NCBI RefSeq assembly: GCF_006345805.1
Contig: NC_043006.1
Coordinates: 44,392,001 to 44,456,000, forward strand
DNA length: 64,000 nt
Reading direction: 5' to 3'
DNA from: Octopus sinensis
Lineage: Eukaryota
The notes under the pieces were generated by a model. That model worked only from the letters and a program-made list of their open reading frames with translations. It searched no databases and was not told the DNA's origin. Shown one piece after another: positions 48,620 to 61,996 of the stretch; position 1 is the stretch's first letter, and every line of letters begins with the position of its first letter. The position numbers and the translations under genes were made by a program.

Positions 48620-50505
48620 GTGAGTAGTATCTTTTATTTTTTAACTTGTTTCAGTATTGGACACTGACCATGTTGGAGCATTACCTTGAAAGGTTTTAGA
48701 CAAACAAATCACCACTCAGTATTTATGCTTTTGTTTTCTTTCTTTTTTTTTGAGTCTGATACTTATTCTATCATTCTCTTTTGTTGAACCACAATGTTAC
48801 AGTGATGTAAATAAACCAACATGGGTTGTCAAATATGGTTATGTGTGTGACAAACACAGGCACATACACATAAGCATCTACACCGTTTCCATTTAACTGA
48901 TTCCTTCACAAGGCATTGTTTGGCCTGGGGCTATAGAAGACATTTGTTCAAGGTGCCAAACAGTAGGATTGAATCTGAAACCATGTGGTTGCAAAGTGAG
49001 CTTCTTAACCACTCAGCCATGTCAATAAGAATGTGATACATGTTCACTGTGAGTTCATAACTTGGCCTTTTTTTTTGTCTAGAAGGAAGGCAGTATCTAT
49101 GGTCATTTACAGGGCCTTGGAGACTGGTGGAAGGCAGAAGAAAGGTATTCTTAAAATGGAGATTTGGCCTGATCACTTGCAAGATTCATCATCATCATAA
49201 TCATCAATCCCTTATTCTAAAGCTATTAGGGCCAGTTACATTAGTTTCCATGACATAACTGACTGAGATCATAACATTCCTCCCCGAACAGGTTACCAGT
49301 CTGTTGCAGGGTTACTCACAGCTGAGTGAACTGGAGCACCATGCTCAACAATACAGTGCACTGCCCAGTCCGAGAATCAAAACCTCACTCTTGTGATTGT
49401 GACTACAACACCCTAATCGCTGGGTGACACACATTCACTTGTAACAGAGTGGACACCGCTTAAAGTATCCTATATTTCTTTACTGCCCACAAGAGGTTAA
49501 ACATGGAGGGGACAAACAAGGACAGACAAAGGGATTAAGTTGATTACATCGACCCCAGTGCACAACTGGTACTTAATTTGTCGACCTTGGTGGAATTTGA
49601 ACTCAGACGAAATACCGCTAAGCATTTCGCCCGGTGTGCTAACGTTTCTGCCAGCTTGCCGCCTTGTAGTATCCTAGGCACCAGTTGGCTGTCCTGGATA
49701 AGACTTTAAACTGTATCTTTAAACTGTATCTTGGTGCAGGGGGTTCCATGGTTTTGAGGAACGTGGAACCAACTCTTAGCTACTATTGTTCTCATGTTTA
49801 TTCTGACCCAGAATAGTAACACCTGTTAGGGTTAATTTGTATATATATACCACCCACTTCAAACCCAGGCTACATATACCCCTGATAATCGGTGGCGAGT
49901 TGGTCAGCGAATCCTCTGCAACAATTGATGTTAAAATGAGCTGCTACGGATCACACTATATCCCAAAGTGTGTATGCATGTGACCAGGGACCATGCTAAT
50001 GATAGATTCCTGTAGTGTAAAAAATCTGTCTTGCTGTGGAAAAGGGATGGCAAAAGTGCAAGAGAGAGAGCAAGATTCAAATGAATGCTATTGGCACATG
50101 CATTCATACATGTGTATGCTATTGGTGCACACACAGTTAGAACGTGGAGGGATATATATTTACACACACCATTAGCCTCATTTTTTCTTGATGGTTTAAA
50201 ACATGATGATGATCAGCATCATCATTTAATGTTTGTTTTCCATGCTGGCCTGGGTTAGATGGTTTGATAGGAGCTGTATTGAGCTCCAGTTGCCTGCTTT
50301 GTCATGGCTTCTACATGGATGCTCTTCTTAATGCCAATCACTTTACAGTGTGTCCTGGGTGCTTTTTATGTGGTACCAGTACAGGATGAATATTGTGTAG
50401 TCAACTTGAAAAATTACACATCTTCCTTGTAAGCCATGAATTAATTTAAATATTTTGTTGTTTCTTGAATTTGTTTACATAATTTTCATTTCCCTTTTTT
50501 TCTAG

Positions 50506-50624
50506 GAAACAGTGTTGACATCAACACGTCTGTCTGATGGAGAGAAAATTACCCTCACTATCAAACTGGTTAAAGTCTTGAAATCTGAATGTTGTATACC
50601 GTTATACAATATCATGTTCCGTCG
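50506..50624 (+). CDS. PIWIL2: PIWI coding exon 6
   Basis: ctag|ETVLTSTRLSDGEKITLTIKLVKVLKSECCIPLYNIMFR|gtgagt; phase 0/2. Confidence 0.93.
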
Positions 50625-50729
50625 GTGAGTGAAGTGTTTGTAACTATCATAGAAATAATTTTTGTGTCTAACAGTTTCGCTTGTTAAATACTTAACCTAG
50701 CTAGAAGCTATGTATTAATTTCATTGATG

Positions 50730-51172
50730 AGTTCTGTAGGGGCATTTCATCTGATCAAATTCATCCTATGGTTGTGGAACTGTTTCCGGAGGGAAACACA
50801 ATCTTTCAGGATGATAATGCACCAATTCACACAGCTAAAGTTGTTACTGAATAGCACGAGGAACATTCTAGTGAAGGTGAATGTCTTATCTAGCCACCAC
50901 AGTCCCCAGATCTCAATATTATCGAACATTTGTGGTGCATTTTAGAAAAACAAGTAAGGAGTCGATATCCTCCACCATCATTACTACAAGAACTGGAGAC
51001 TGTTTTTAGCTGAAGAATAGACAAAAATTCCTTTGGAAACAATTCGAACTTTGTAGGAGTCCATGCCTTGTAGAATTCAAGCTGTAGTTACTGCCATAGG
51101 CGGTCCTACTCCATATTAAAATAAATTTGTTTGAAATTTTAAGGTGTTTCCATTATTTTGTCCAACCCCTGT
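50730..51172 (+). mobile_element. Tc1-like transposon 3' fragment
   Basis: IFQDDNAPIHTA..PPQSPDLNIIEHLW..LEKQV; ends TTTTGTCCAACCCCTGTA. Confidence 0.75.
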
Positions 51173-51828
51173 ATATAGAGATTATAAAACGAAGTCATAA
51201 AAAAGTTACCAGTCTATAGGATAAGAAGTTTGGGTATTACTAATCCAGTTAATAATTCTTCGGCCATTTCTGGGGTTCAGTTGTCCTGTCATATAAAAGA
51301 TATTTACAGTCATTGTAGGACACCACCTCCTTTATCAGGGAAAATAATTTTCTGAGAAGGATCACATGTTCTGCTTTTTTCTGTACGAATATATATTAAT
51401 ATATTATACACATGAAAGCTATACATGTCAGTGAGAAAATTGCCAATACATTGATGTAGCAAACAAAAATACCTTATGGTACTTGTTCTGCCCAGGTTGT
51501 CAGATCCTCCCACCATGAAGCGTTTAGTTGAACAAATTATTTTTAAGCTTGGTAGCCTATCAATTTCTTTTGTCAAACTGCTAAGATACAGTAGCATAAG
51601 CAAACCAATGCCAGTTGTCAAGTAGCGTTGGTGGGGATATACATAAATGACAATAACAATATATTTTAGAATAATTGTAATTTAATCCCAAATGCCCTGT
51701 TGCAAATAAGCTGGCCTTATGACATGAAAATTTGGAGAGGCAAAATAGCTTGAGTATGTAAAATGATATTGAAGAGAAGGTATGTTGAGAAAGAGAGTAG
51801 GTGGTGGCTGAAAGATTATCTTTGTTCT

Positions 51829-52302
51829 GTACAGTAATCCCTTGACTATCACAGGTGTTACATTCCACCTGCAATATGTGAAAATCCGCGAATTAGAAAC
51901 AGTACTGTACTGTATATATTTTATTATTATTTTTATAATTTGCATATATTCTATTATAAATAGAAAACACCACACACTCGCCATCCAAGTTTTGTTTACC
52001 ATACAGTATGTGCAACTTTTTGTTTACTCATCTACGGTACACTACGTGTTTTCTCTTAATATATTTTAATTAATGTGTTACACAGTGCAGTACTGCACTG
52101 TATTTTTATTTATTAACTTATAGGCATGAAAATGCTTATTTTACTACAGAAATAATTAAAATCTAAATAAATATAAATACCTATTGGCTGCAGAAACTTG
52201 TGATATACTGAGGAGTCTGCGATATAAATTTACATATATTAGCCAGAAAAATGTACTGAGGGTGCGATAGATGAAGCACGATATGGTGAGTGCTTACTGT
52301 AT
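51829..52302. mobile_element. TA-flanked pogo/Tigger-like MITE
   Basis: TACAGTAATCCC...GTGCTTACTGTA termini. Confidence 0.45.
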
Positions 52303-52595
52303 ATTAAAAAATGAAACTATGGAGACTATCTTCGACAAATTTAACCACCCAGGGTAGATATAATATTTAGATGTTATACAAATTTCTCTAATTTCTAAAC
52401 ACTTGTTGCAGTTTCTCTCTCTTTACAAACCCCTACTTTTTTTTTTTTAATGCAAGGTCCTGTGTGTAGGGAAACTAAATTGTAATGGTTTGCTGTCCTC
52501 TCAATCACTGCGGTTTGTTATATCTCCTTATATGTATGTCTTTGTATTTATTGAATCGTTTCTCACATCTTAACCTCTGTTCCTTGTTCTCACAG

Positions 52596-52676
52596 TGTGA
52601 TGAGTATACTGCAAATGAAGCAAGTTGGGCGCTACTACTACAACCCAAACACACCAACTTCTGTACCACAACATAA
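52596..52676 (+). CDS. PIWIL2: PIWI coding exon 7
   Basis: acag|(R)VMSILQMKQVGRYYYNPNTPTSVPQH|gtaagt; phase 2/2. Confidence 0.94.
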   Translation, partial: CDEYTANEASWALLLQPKHTNFCTTT

Positions 52677-52709
52677 GTAAGTAATCTATCATAACATAAG
52701 TAAATTGAC

Positions 52710-53597
52710 TAATTACCTCAGTCTTAGTGAAGGCAGAGGTATTGTTTTCAGTTGTGTTTGTTTCTCCATGGACAAGATATCTCAAGAGCTGCTGGATGGA
52801 TTTGGATGAAACTTTCAGGGATGTTTAACCTTGTGACTGGCACGAACTGATTAGATTTGGGGATTGATCCGGTACTGTACAAGGATTCTGGATTATTTGT
52901 TACATTTACTTTACATCAGTGCTATTCAAAGTGGTGATCCACGGATGTGGGCCGGTCTACGAGCCATCAGCTGCCGGTACGCAGCGAGGTTCCAGAAAAG
53001 AAACAAAATGCTTATGTAATATTGTATTATTTGTTTACCAAATTAATATAAGATAAAAAAATTTGTCAACTTTTATAATATTCATTCTATACATTGTTTT
53101 CGGTATAAATTAATGTTACTACGATATATTACTGGTCCCTGGCACATTGGAAAAATAAAAACTGCCAGAATGCCACATCAGATAGTTTGGGAAGCAGTGC
53201 TTTAGATGATTATGATCTTATGTTAACTTTCAAGTCTTTCTCAGTTATCTCTCTTTAGGCTGTAACTAATTTGAATGGTGAATTTGTTAACTTTGGCTTG
53301 CTTTAGATAAGGATAAACTATATATTAATGTTATTAAACTTTTTCAACCACCTTTATATTCCATGACTACCATTGGGATCGATCTAGTACTGGACAAGGA
53401 TTCTGGATTACTTTTCTTTTTTTTTTTTTTTTACTTAATTTTTGAGAGTGGCCTGGTTCATTTTTAGTACTCTCGTTTGAGAGAACAGTTGAGTTTATTT
53501 CAGATATTCCCATTTTAAAAATCCTCTCTGGCTAATTGTTGAGAGAACGTTGGTGTTGCCTTGGCGGAAGTTTTGCACTCTCTAAGTGCTCTTGTAG
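52710..53597 (+). mobile_element. Helentron/HINE-like non-autonomous element with a nested hAT-like MITE (~52917-53200)
   Basis: Starts TAATTACCTC..AAGGCAGAGGT and ends CCTTGGCGGAAG..GCACTCTCTAAGTGC (3' hairpin). Inner segment bounded by CAGTG ends. Confidence 0.4.
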
Positions 53598-53780
53598 CTT
53601 ATCATTGCCAGCATGGAAGATGGATGTTAAATGATGAGATTGGGACAAACTGAATCAGGGTCACATGTACTTCTGTGTAAATGCTCTATTTTATCTGTAA
53701 GCAAAGACGTATCATTGTTATTCTCTGAATTAATCTTAATTGCATAAATACTAAAATTGATGTTTTATTTCTTTGTTCAG

Positions 53781-53894
53781 ATTAGAAATTTGGCCTGGTT
53801 ATATTACTGCGATCAAAGAACACGAAGGTGGTCTCCTGTTAATGGCAGATGCTTCTCATAAAGTGCTCCGCAAAGAGACAGTTCTTGATGTATT
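53781..53894 (+). CDS. PIWIL2: PIWI coding exon 8 (L1)
   Basis: ttcag|(K)[37 protein letters not shown]|gtaagt. Confidence 0.96.
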
Positions 53895-55219
53895 GTAAGT
53901 CCTTATTGTCTTGTATGTTCTATGTCCATGATAAAAATACTGGAAAGTAGACATTCGTTATACTAAAACTAATTTTCTTAGTTGAAATAAGTTTATCATT
54001 ATGAATACATAAATATATTTAATAGACTTGCAGTGAGAAAATGAAAGGACCCATGGTAAAAATATGATTTGGTGTGATTTGATTAGTTTTGCTGGTAGTC
54101 TGTTCATGTAGCTGAATACAGCCCACTGAAATGGATTCAGTTGAGTGTGAAAGGAAGTGCGGGTTAGTAGTTCATTATATTGTTTGAGGAGTGTATATAG
54201 ATTGAGAAGTGCATATAGCATGTTTAGTAGTGTATATAGAATGAGAAATTTATAAAATTGTTGAAATGGAATTGGGCTGTACACACCCAGAAGATGAGTG
54301 CAGCAAATGAATGAGAAATCTGACAAACTGGGACTCTGAGAGACCATAAGTGAAACGGGACACCAATGAACAAGATGTAGAGATAAATTTGATAGCTTTG
54401 ACAAAAATTGGAGATTGGAAACTCCTAAACTGAAAGCTATTGAGAACTAGAAGAAATCTTTTTCTTCAACATTGGGCAAGTATTGATTTGATTGACTGAT
54501 TAATAGACAGTTTTATAATAAAGAAAGCAGATTGAGAAATCTTCAGTGTAGAGACAGAAAGTCAACATTGTCATTATATATAATTATCAATGTTGGCTTT
54601 GGTTGTTTTGTGTTCCTGTAATAGTACTAATGTTCAAAAATCGATTAAAACTGCTAATTTTTTTCAGCCAATGGAGAAATAGTTTAATTTACCCTGTTAG
54701 TGTGTCTGTTACATAAGTTTGTGTGTGTATAATAAATGCGAAAACTAATTTCTGTGTGTCAGTGTGTCACAATTAGAATCTCCTCTCTCACTATTCAATG
54801 ACACTCCTATTCCTCATGATGGGGTGAGAGTAATAGTAGGCATAGAGATAGTGAGGGCAGTGGTGAAGACAGAGAGAGAGAAAAAAGAAATTTAGGGAAA
54901 GTTGATGATGGTGGGAAAAGTAGTGTTGATGGTGGTAGTGGGAGTAATAATAAGAGTGAGAAAGAGTGGATATGTGAGGAAAAGATGGAGATGATGTACA
55001 ATTTTAAGCCATGTCTCTTTGACAGAAATTGCTGTTACCAGCATACTGAATACTATCATTTTAGTGACGACTGCACTCCATCCTGTTTTCATTATATTCA
55101 CCATCCTTGAACTCATATCTCATGTCCTTAGCTATACAATAGTAAAAAACATTCCAAATTGAAAAGACCCCACCCCTCTACCTCATCTATCTGTCTATCA
55201 ATCATCTATCTATCTACTA

Positions 55220-55257
<38 letters not shown>

Positions 55258-55395
55258 GAATACTAAAGTGGTGATCATTGTCAGGTGTTCGGTTGGCTGA
55301 GAGAATTTGACTGAATTCATGTTTTTTAACTCTTCTGAATAAAAAATTGTGTATTAGTCTACATAAATGTTCGATTTCTTTTTCTTTTGTTCTAG

Positions 55396-55587
55396 GGTTT
55401 CTTTGGTGCGACAAGATGCTGCTCGTTTCAGAGACAATGCCATGCGAACAATAGTTGGGTCAGTGGTGCTTACCCGCTATAACAACAAGACATATAGAGT
55501 TGATGATATTGCATGGGATATGAGTCCAAACAACAAATTCGTTTCTTCAGGTTCAAAAGAAAGCATTTCTTTTATAGAGTATTACAG
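55396..55587 (+). CDS. PIWIL2: PIWI coding exon 9 (PAZ)
   Basis: ctag|(L)VSLVRQDAARFRDNAMRTIVGSVVLTRYNNKTYRVDDIAWDMSP..ISFIEYY|gtaatt. Confidence 0.96.
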
Positions 55588-56224
55588 GTAATTACTGAAC
55601 GTCTTTTTTCTTCTCTGTTGATAGAGATGTTATCATCATCTGGTCATACTTATTTTATGGTTCACCGTGACCCATTCTCTCCAATCTGTTCAGTCTGCCA
55701 TTGTTAAGTGGTTACATGCCTGCACTAATATTGCTCACAAATCAATGCAGATAAAGAGAGCTAGGTTACCAGAACATCTTGGTAACACCAGTACATGATT
55801 GTACTCTATAATGTGTTGTATGCATATCAGTGCAGACATGTAAACATAATTTATTATACACTGAAATTGTTATTACATGATTAAGTGTGCAAAACAGTTT
55901 TAATTCTTTGGATGACAATTGGTTAAATAAATACATTCATTTCCTAACTATTTATGGATTATGTACTCCTCATAAAATAATCTCATTGATTGGATCTCCG
56001 GGATTACACCTGCATCATCATCATCATCGTTTAACATTCGCTTTCCATGCTAGCATGGGTTGGACGATTTGACTGGGGACTGGCGAACCAGATGGCTGCA
56101 CCAGGCTCCAATCTGATCTGGCTGTTTCTACAGCTGGATGCCCTTCCTAACGCCATGGGACTCTGTATTAGATCACAATGTGGTCTATTAGATTAGCTTG
56201 CGTTGATATCCACATATTATACAA

Positions 56225-56287
<63 letters not shown>

Positions 56288-56292
<5 letters not shown>

Positions 56293-57451
56293 TCATCCCA
56301 TAAATAATGCAGTTTTTTCAATTGCATGAACCAAAAGTCGAAGAGGGACAGGATAAACAACCTGCATCAAATTGCTTTAAAAGCCGGTTGTAATTTTACC
56401 TTGGCACTTATTCTTAATGCAAGTTTTGAAGAGTGCAGTTTGATTTTAACAGTTATTTTTTCAAAGCTTTAATGGAAGTGACAGAGGGGCATATTTTGCA
56501 TTATGAGTTCAATAAAGGCAACAAGGCAATGGAGAGTGTGAGGTATATTAATGCAGTATATGGGGATCGGACAGTAAGCGTAAGCCAGTGTCAATGGTGG
56601 ATCTGGAAATTCTGAGCCGGAAGCTACGGCCTAGAAGACGAGCTTCATCCTGGAATATCTGTAGAGCTCGACAAGGATGTCCTGCACAGCCTCATGAAAC
56701 AAAATCCCATTGTAACGGCTGAGGAACAAGCAGAGAAGCTTGGATTTGGTCATTCAACCATTCATTGACACCTGTGTGTCATCGGAAAAATCAGCAAATT
56801 GGGTCAGTGGGTTCCTCATTAACTTTCTTAGTCTAATTGCATGCAGAGAGTTAATGTGTGCATGCTCTTCTTTGTTGTTGTGTCTCAAATAATAACTGGT
56901 GACAAGAAATGCGTTCTCTATTAAAATGTCAAGCGCTGAAGACTGGGTAGGCAAAGGAGAAACACAGGTACTCTAGGCTAAAGAAGGTCTTCACCTACGT
57001 AGGTGTTATCTGTATGGTAGGATATGAAAGGTTTAGTCCACTTTGAACTTTTAAACTCAAACCAAACGATAACAAAAATCTACTGCAAGTCAGTACTAGA
57101 AGGAAAATGACCATCTTTGGTTTCAAGACGAAAGGTGTTTTTCCATCAGGATTATGCTCGGCCACATACAGTGAATGGGAAACAATGCCCCACCCATCGA
57201 CCATATTCGCTGGACACTGCCCCATCCGATTATCATTTATTCTGTTGTTTCCAAAATCATTTGGACTAGAGGATTATTTTTCATTATGGACAAGCGAATT
57301 TTGGAAGAGGGGCCTTGCAAGTCTACCAGATAGATGGAAGAGCATTGTAGAAAATAATGGAGAATATATTTTAGATTAAAAAAGAACTTTGTTTATCTTT
57401 TTGAAAAATAAAGGTATTAAAAAAAACTGCATTATTTATGGGTCGATTCAA
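56288..57451 (+). mobile_element. Near full-length decayed mariner transposon
   Basis: TIRs TTAGATCATCCCATAAATAATGCAGTTTTT / AAAAAACTGCATTATTTATGGGTCGATTCAA with TA flanks. Degenerate YEFNKG..INAVYG, WVPH, TGDKK, HQDYARPH and YSLD..PSDYHLF motifs. Confidence 0.85.
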
Positions 57452-57711
57452 TATGTGTTTGTGTGTATGTTTGCCCCCACCACTGCTGACAACCAATATT
57501 GGGTTTTATCTCCCCATAATTTGTGGTTTGACAAAAAGAGACCAATAGAATAAATGACAAATTTTTTAAAATGTGCTGTCATTGATTTACCTGTCACGGT
57601 AATGATTGTGCCAGTCCCCATCTTAATCTTACAGTATATTAATTATGTTTTGGGTATACCTGTATTTGTGACACATCCACTTACCAGACTACAATTATTG
57701 TAAATTTTCAG

Positions 57712-57793
57712 AAAGCAGTACAACCGAGAAATTAGTGACACAAACCAGCCACTTCTCATACATAAACCAAAGAGAAAAGCTTTACAACATGGG
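57712..57793 (+). CDS. PIWIL2: PIWI coding exon 10 (PAZ)
   Basis: ttcag|(R)KQYNREISDTNQPLLIHKPKRKALQHG|gtaagt. Confidence 0.94.
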
Positions 57794-58257
57794 GTAAGTG
57801 TTACTCTTCAGACATCCTTTAAGCAGGCTTTCATTGAAATAACTGCTGTTGTTGAGGGAAATAGGTATCAGTGTGGATCCAGGGGTAGATATTTTGAAAA
57901 TTGCTTAGAAAAACACAGGAGTTTGTTCTGACTTATAAGAACACCAACCACTCCGAGAGTGTAGTGGGTGCTTTTTATGTGCCACCAGGACAGAAGCTAG
58001 TCAAAGTGGCACTGGCATTGGCCATGTTCGAATGGTGCTTTTTACGTGCTTATATACATGCATGTGTGTGTTTATCCCTTCCCACTACTTGACAGTATTG
58101 TTTTGTTTACATTCCTGTAACATAGCAATCCGACAAAAGAAAGTGATAAAATAAGTGCCAGACTTACAAAAATAAGTACTAGAGTTTTGTTCAACTAGAT
58201 CCTTGAAAGTGGTGCTCCAACATGGCCACAATCCAATGACTGAAGCAAGTAAATAAT

Positions 58258-58583
58258 AGTTCAGTCCCAGTGCGTGGCACCTTGGGCAAGTTTTTTTTTT
58301 TAACTATAGCCTCTGATCAACCAAAGCCTTGTGGGTGAATTTGGTAGAAGGAAACTGAAAGAAGCCTGTCGTATAGATATTTGTGTGTGAGTGTTTGTTT
58401 CCCACCAACATCACTTAACAACCGATGCTGGTATGTTTACGTCCCCGTAACTTAGTGGTTCAGCAAAAGAGACCCATAGAATAAGTACTAGGCTTAAAAA
58501 GGATAAGTCTTGAGGTCAAGTTGCTCGACTAAATGTGGTGCTCCAGCATGGCTACAGTCAAATGACTGAAACAAGTAAAAGAG
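58258..58583 (+). mobile_element. tRNA-derived SINE family A
   Basis: TTCAGTCCCAGTGCGTGGCACCTTGGGCAAG..GCTCCAGCATGGCTACAGTCAAATGACTGAAACAAG. Confidence 0.7.
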
Positions 58584-58765
58584 TACCAACCAATATCTGC
58601 TTCTTCCAGGTTCATGTGGAGCAAATCAAGAACATTGGACTTATTGAAACTTTGTGCTAAAATCACTAGTAATGTTCATAATCTGAATAACTACACAACT
58701 TCAGTTTTAAATTATAATATTTTATTGCATTTTATTCATGGAATATTTCTCTTATTTTTTTCCAG

Positions 58766-58864
58766 GATAGTCCTGTAAAGAGTGAATTAATCTGTCTTAT
58801 CCCAGAGTTCTGTTATATGACAGGTTTAACTGATGACATGCGGTCTGACTTCAGGGTCATGAAA
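58766..58864 (+). CDS. PIWIL2: PIWI coding exon 11 (PAZ end)
   Basis: ccag|DSPVKSELICLIPEFCYMTGLTDDMRSDFRVMK|gtaagt. Confidence 0.96.
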
Positions 58865-61357
58865 GTAAGTTAAATGTTGGTTTTAAAAAAAAAGTCAATT
58901 TATTCAGATATGCAATTTACATGAAAAATGATAATTGAAATCTGATATTTTGATTATCAAAAATTTCACTAGAAATATGTACATAGTTCAATATGTTATT
59001 AGAAATAGTATGTGGTTGTATATTGAAGAAAATTACATTTCTTCAATAACTTACTCTATGTTGATAATTTCAGCATGATGATGATGCATGCAAGACAGTT
59101 CCAAACATGTTTTAGTATTTTTTTTACATTGTCATTTGAAGGTTGCACTTCATTTTTCAATGAAACATCACTCCTTTTACACTACTCAGTAATATCCTTA
59201 TTTCTTTATTGCCCACAAGGAGCTAAACATAGAGGTACAAACAAGGACAGACAAAGGGATTAAGTCAATTACAGCGACCTCAGTGCGTAACTGTTATTTA
59301 ATTTATCAATCCCGAAAGGATGAAAGGCAAAGTCGACATCGGCAGAATTTGAACTCAGAACGTAATGGCAGATGAAATACCGCTAGGCATTTAGCCAGGT
59401 GTGCTAACGTTTCTGCCAGTTCGCCGCTGTATGCAATAATATCCTGATTTGCACAACACACGTGTTTTTGCAATACAGAATATCCCAAGCTTTTGATCCT
59501 CTTGTCACAGAACATTTGTAAACCTTTTATTTTCTGCTTCTGTCCTTGCTACATATACATGGCATCCAACTCAGTGATTCTCAATCATTTTTTCTCCTAT
59601 TGATCCCTTTGATTCCTCTTTTACTCCACTGGACCTCCATAGCCATTTGATGTATATAAAACAATTCTGTAACATCCCTGTAACATAGCAATCCGACAAC
59701 AGAGAGCGATAAAATAAGTACCAGACTTACAAAAAATGAGTACTAGAGTTTTGTTCAACTAGATCCTTGAAGGTGGTGCTCCAGTATGGCCACAATCCAA
59801 TGACTGAAACAAGTAAATAATAATGGGCAATCTCAACAAATATCTGCTGCATTTTTATAAATGAATATTATTAGTATTTTGTGTATTGTAGGAGTGGGTA
59901 AAAGTAATTTATTGCTCATAAATGTTAACAATAAAATCTTATATGAACCCCAAGGGCCATATGGAACCTGGTTGAAAACCACTGCTCTAACTTCTCAATA
60001 AAACATTGGATGAATTATGACAATTTTTGCAGTAACTATGAAAACTATAAAACTATAATTTATCATCATTTTACATTCAAGTACATTCAGTACACTTTAT
60101 AATGGCACCATCACCAGAAATGCTGTCCTGTCACCGATTGAATAAACTTAGGAAGTAATAGATAGGTTTAAACACTTGAGTGATCATTTAGATAGATGTT
60201 GAGTAACTTAATTCTCAAAGCTACTGTATCATTTAATTTTGAATATTTTGATAACAATATTCTTATTCTAGCTGATACAGTTTTGTATATATTTCCTTTC
60301 ATTGTTGTTTATAGTTTCATTTATCTGACTAACAAATAAATTCTTCCATAAATCTATTCAAAATTCATCTTCTATAACACAATTTCTGGGTTGGCTGATG
60401 ACAATACTGCTTGAGTGGCACTTGTGCCAGTGGAATGTTAAAAGCACATCTGAGCGTGGGGTGTAACTAGCCCACTTATGAGTACCCCTCATTCATTGGA
60501 CAATAAACTTTGCTTGTGAAGATCTATTGAGGCAAGTGAAATCTAAGTCAAAATCACTGACAAGGCCATTGACAGTACCGCCTGATTGCCATTCATGACA
60601 GTGGAACGTTAAAAGCACATCCGAGTGTGATCGTTGCCAGGGCCACGGATTGGCTCCCGTGCCGGTGGCATGTGAGAAACATTTGAGCGTGGTCGTTGCC
60701 AGAACCACCTGACTGGCCCTTGGTGGCACATAAAAGCATCCACCTCACTCTCGGAGTGGTGGGCTTTACGAAGGGCATCCAACTATAGAAACTTTGCCAG
60801 ATCAGACTGGAGCCTGGTGCAGCCTTCTGGCTTGCCAGGCCTCAGTCAAACTGTCCAACGCATGCCAGCATGGAAAACCGATGTTAAATGACGAAGATCA
60901 GTTCTGTAACCACTTGAGGTTCTGTTGGCAATTTAGAATGTGGAGGCTGATATATGATTTTAGTTATAGTACATGGAACTACCCAAAACATTACAACTTT
61001 AACCCTTTTGATGCCAACCTGGCAGAAACCACCTCTAGCTCTGTAGTATAAATGTCTTGTTTTCATAAGTTTTCAATTAAAATCTTACACCAAACCTTAG
61101 TCACAATTTATGTTCCTAACACCAGCTTAATGATAACTAAGTTATTTTACTAAATTATTTGTTATATTTAAAATTAATTGAAAGAAATACAGGGCATCTC
61201 AAAATAAATATGGTAACGAAAGGGTTAAAAGGTTTCTGTGATAAGATAGGTAGAGTTCAAAACTGTTACCAAAATATGGAACATGCTGTTCCCATTTAGT
61301 TGCTGATGCCATGCAAAAAGCACTGGTGCTGATTACATGTAAAAAGCGCCCAGTACA

Positions 61358-61535
61358 TGATCGATCGATCGACGTCCAATATTTTAAATCTGGGTTTGCC
61401 CCCGTTAACAGGGGTGACCAGATCTACCTTGCTCTCTCACACCTCGCCTGGTTTTGGGCATCCTCCCTCCTCAAGCCAACCCTCCCAGTCTCCTCTTCTA
61501 CCTGCCCCCTCCATGTTTTCTTTAGTTGACCTCAC
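61358..61535 (-). mobile_element. Short RTE LINE 3' tip with (GATC)n tail inserted into a SINE
   Basis: The minus strand gives GQLKKTWRGQVEEE..GLRREDAQNQ-like text, a CCCC..GGGG hairpin and a (GATC)3 tail. Confidence 0.5.
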
Positions 61536-61855
61536 TTTTGCAGTTCATTCATAGAGTGGTTGGCATTAGAGAGGACATTCAGTCATAGAACTCTGACATA
61601 ACAGACGGAACTTGTTATGGTTCCTAGCCATTCCAGCTCCTGTCAAACCATGCAGTCCATACCAGCATAGAAAATGGATGTTAAGTAATGATGATGAAAT
61701 AGCTGCAGTTGCTGAGAGCATCTTATGCATTAAGAAATGTCAATATGAAAAGAGGAAAAAGGAAAACACTTTTGTTTTAAAGAAACTGAAATGATATTTC
61801 TATCCTGATGCTGTATATCTACTGTTGATCTAAATCGAGACTTCTTTGTTTAAAG

Positions 61856-61996
61856 GACATTGCAGCTCACACACGAGTGACACCAATGCAGAGACAGCTA
61901 ACTTTGAACCGGTTTGTTGACGCTATCAAATCTAATGAAGATGCAATGCAACAACTGACTAACTGGGGTCTTTATTTTGAAGATGCTAGTATTCAG
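61856..61996 (+). CDS. PIWIL2: PIWI coding exon 12 (L2); the gene continues beyond the window
   Basis: aaag|DIAAHTRVTPMQRQLTLNRFVDAIKSNEDAMQQLTNWGLYFEDASIQ|gtaagt. The 12 exons total 1440 nt in one open frame. Confidence 0.95.
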
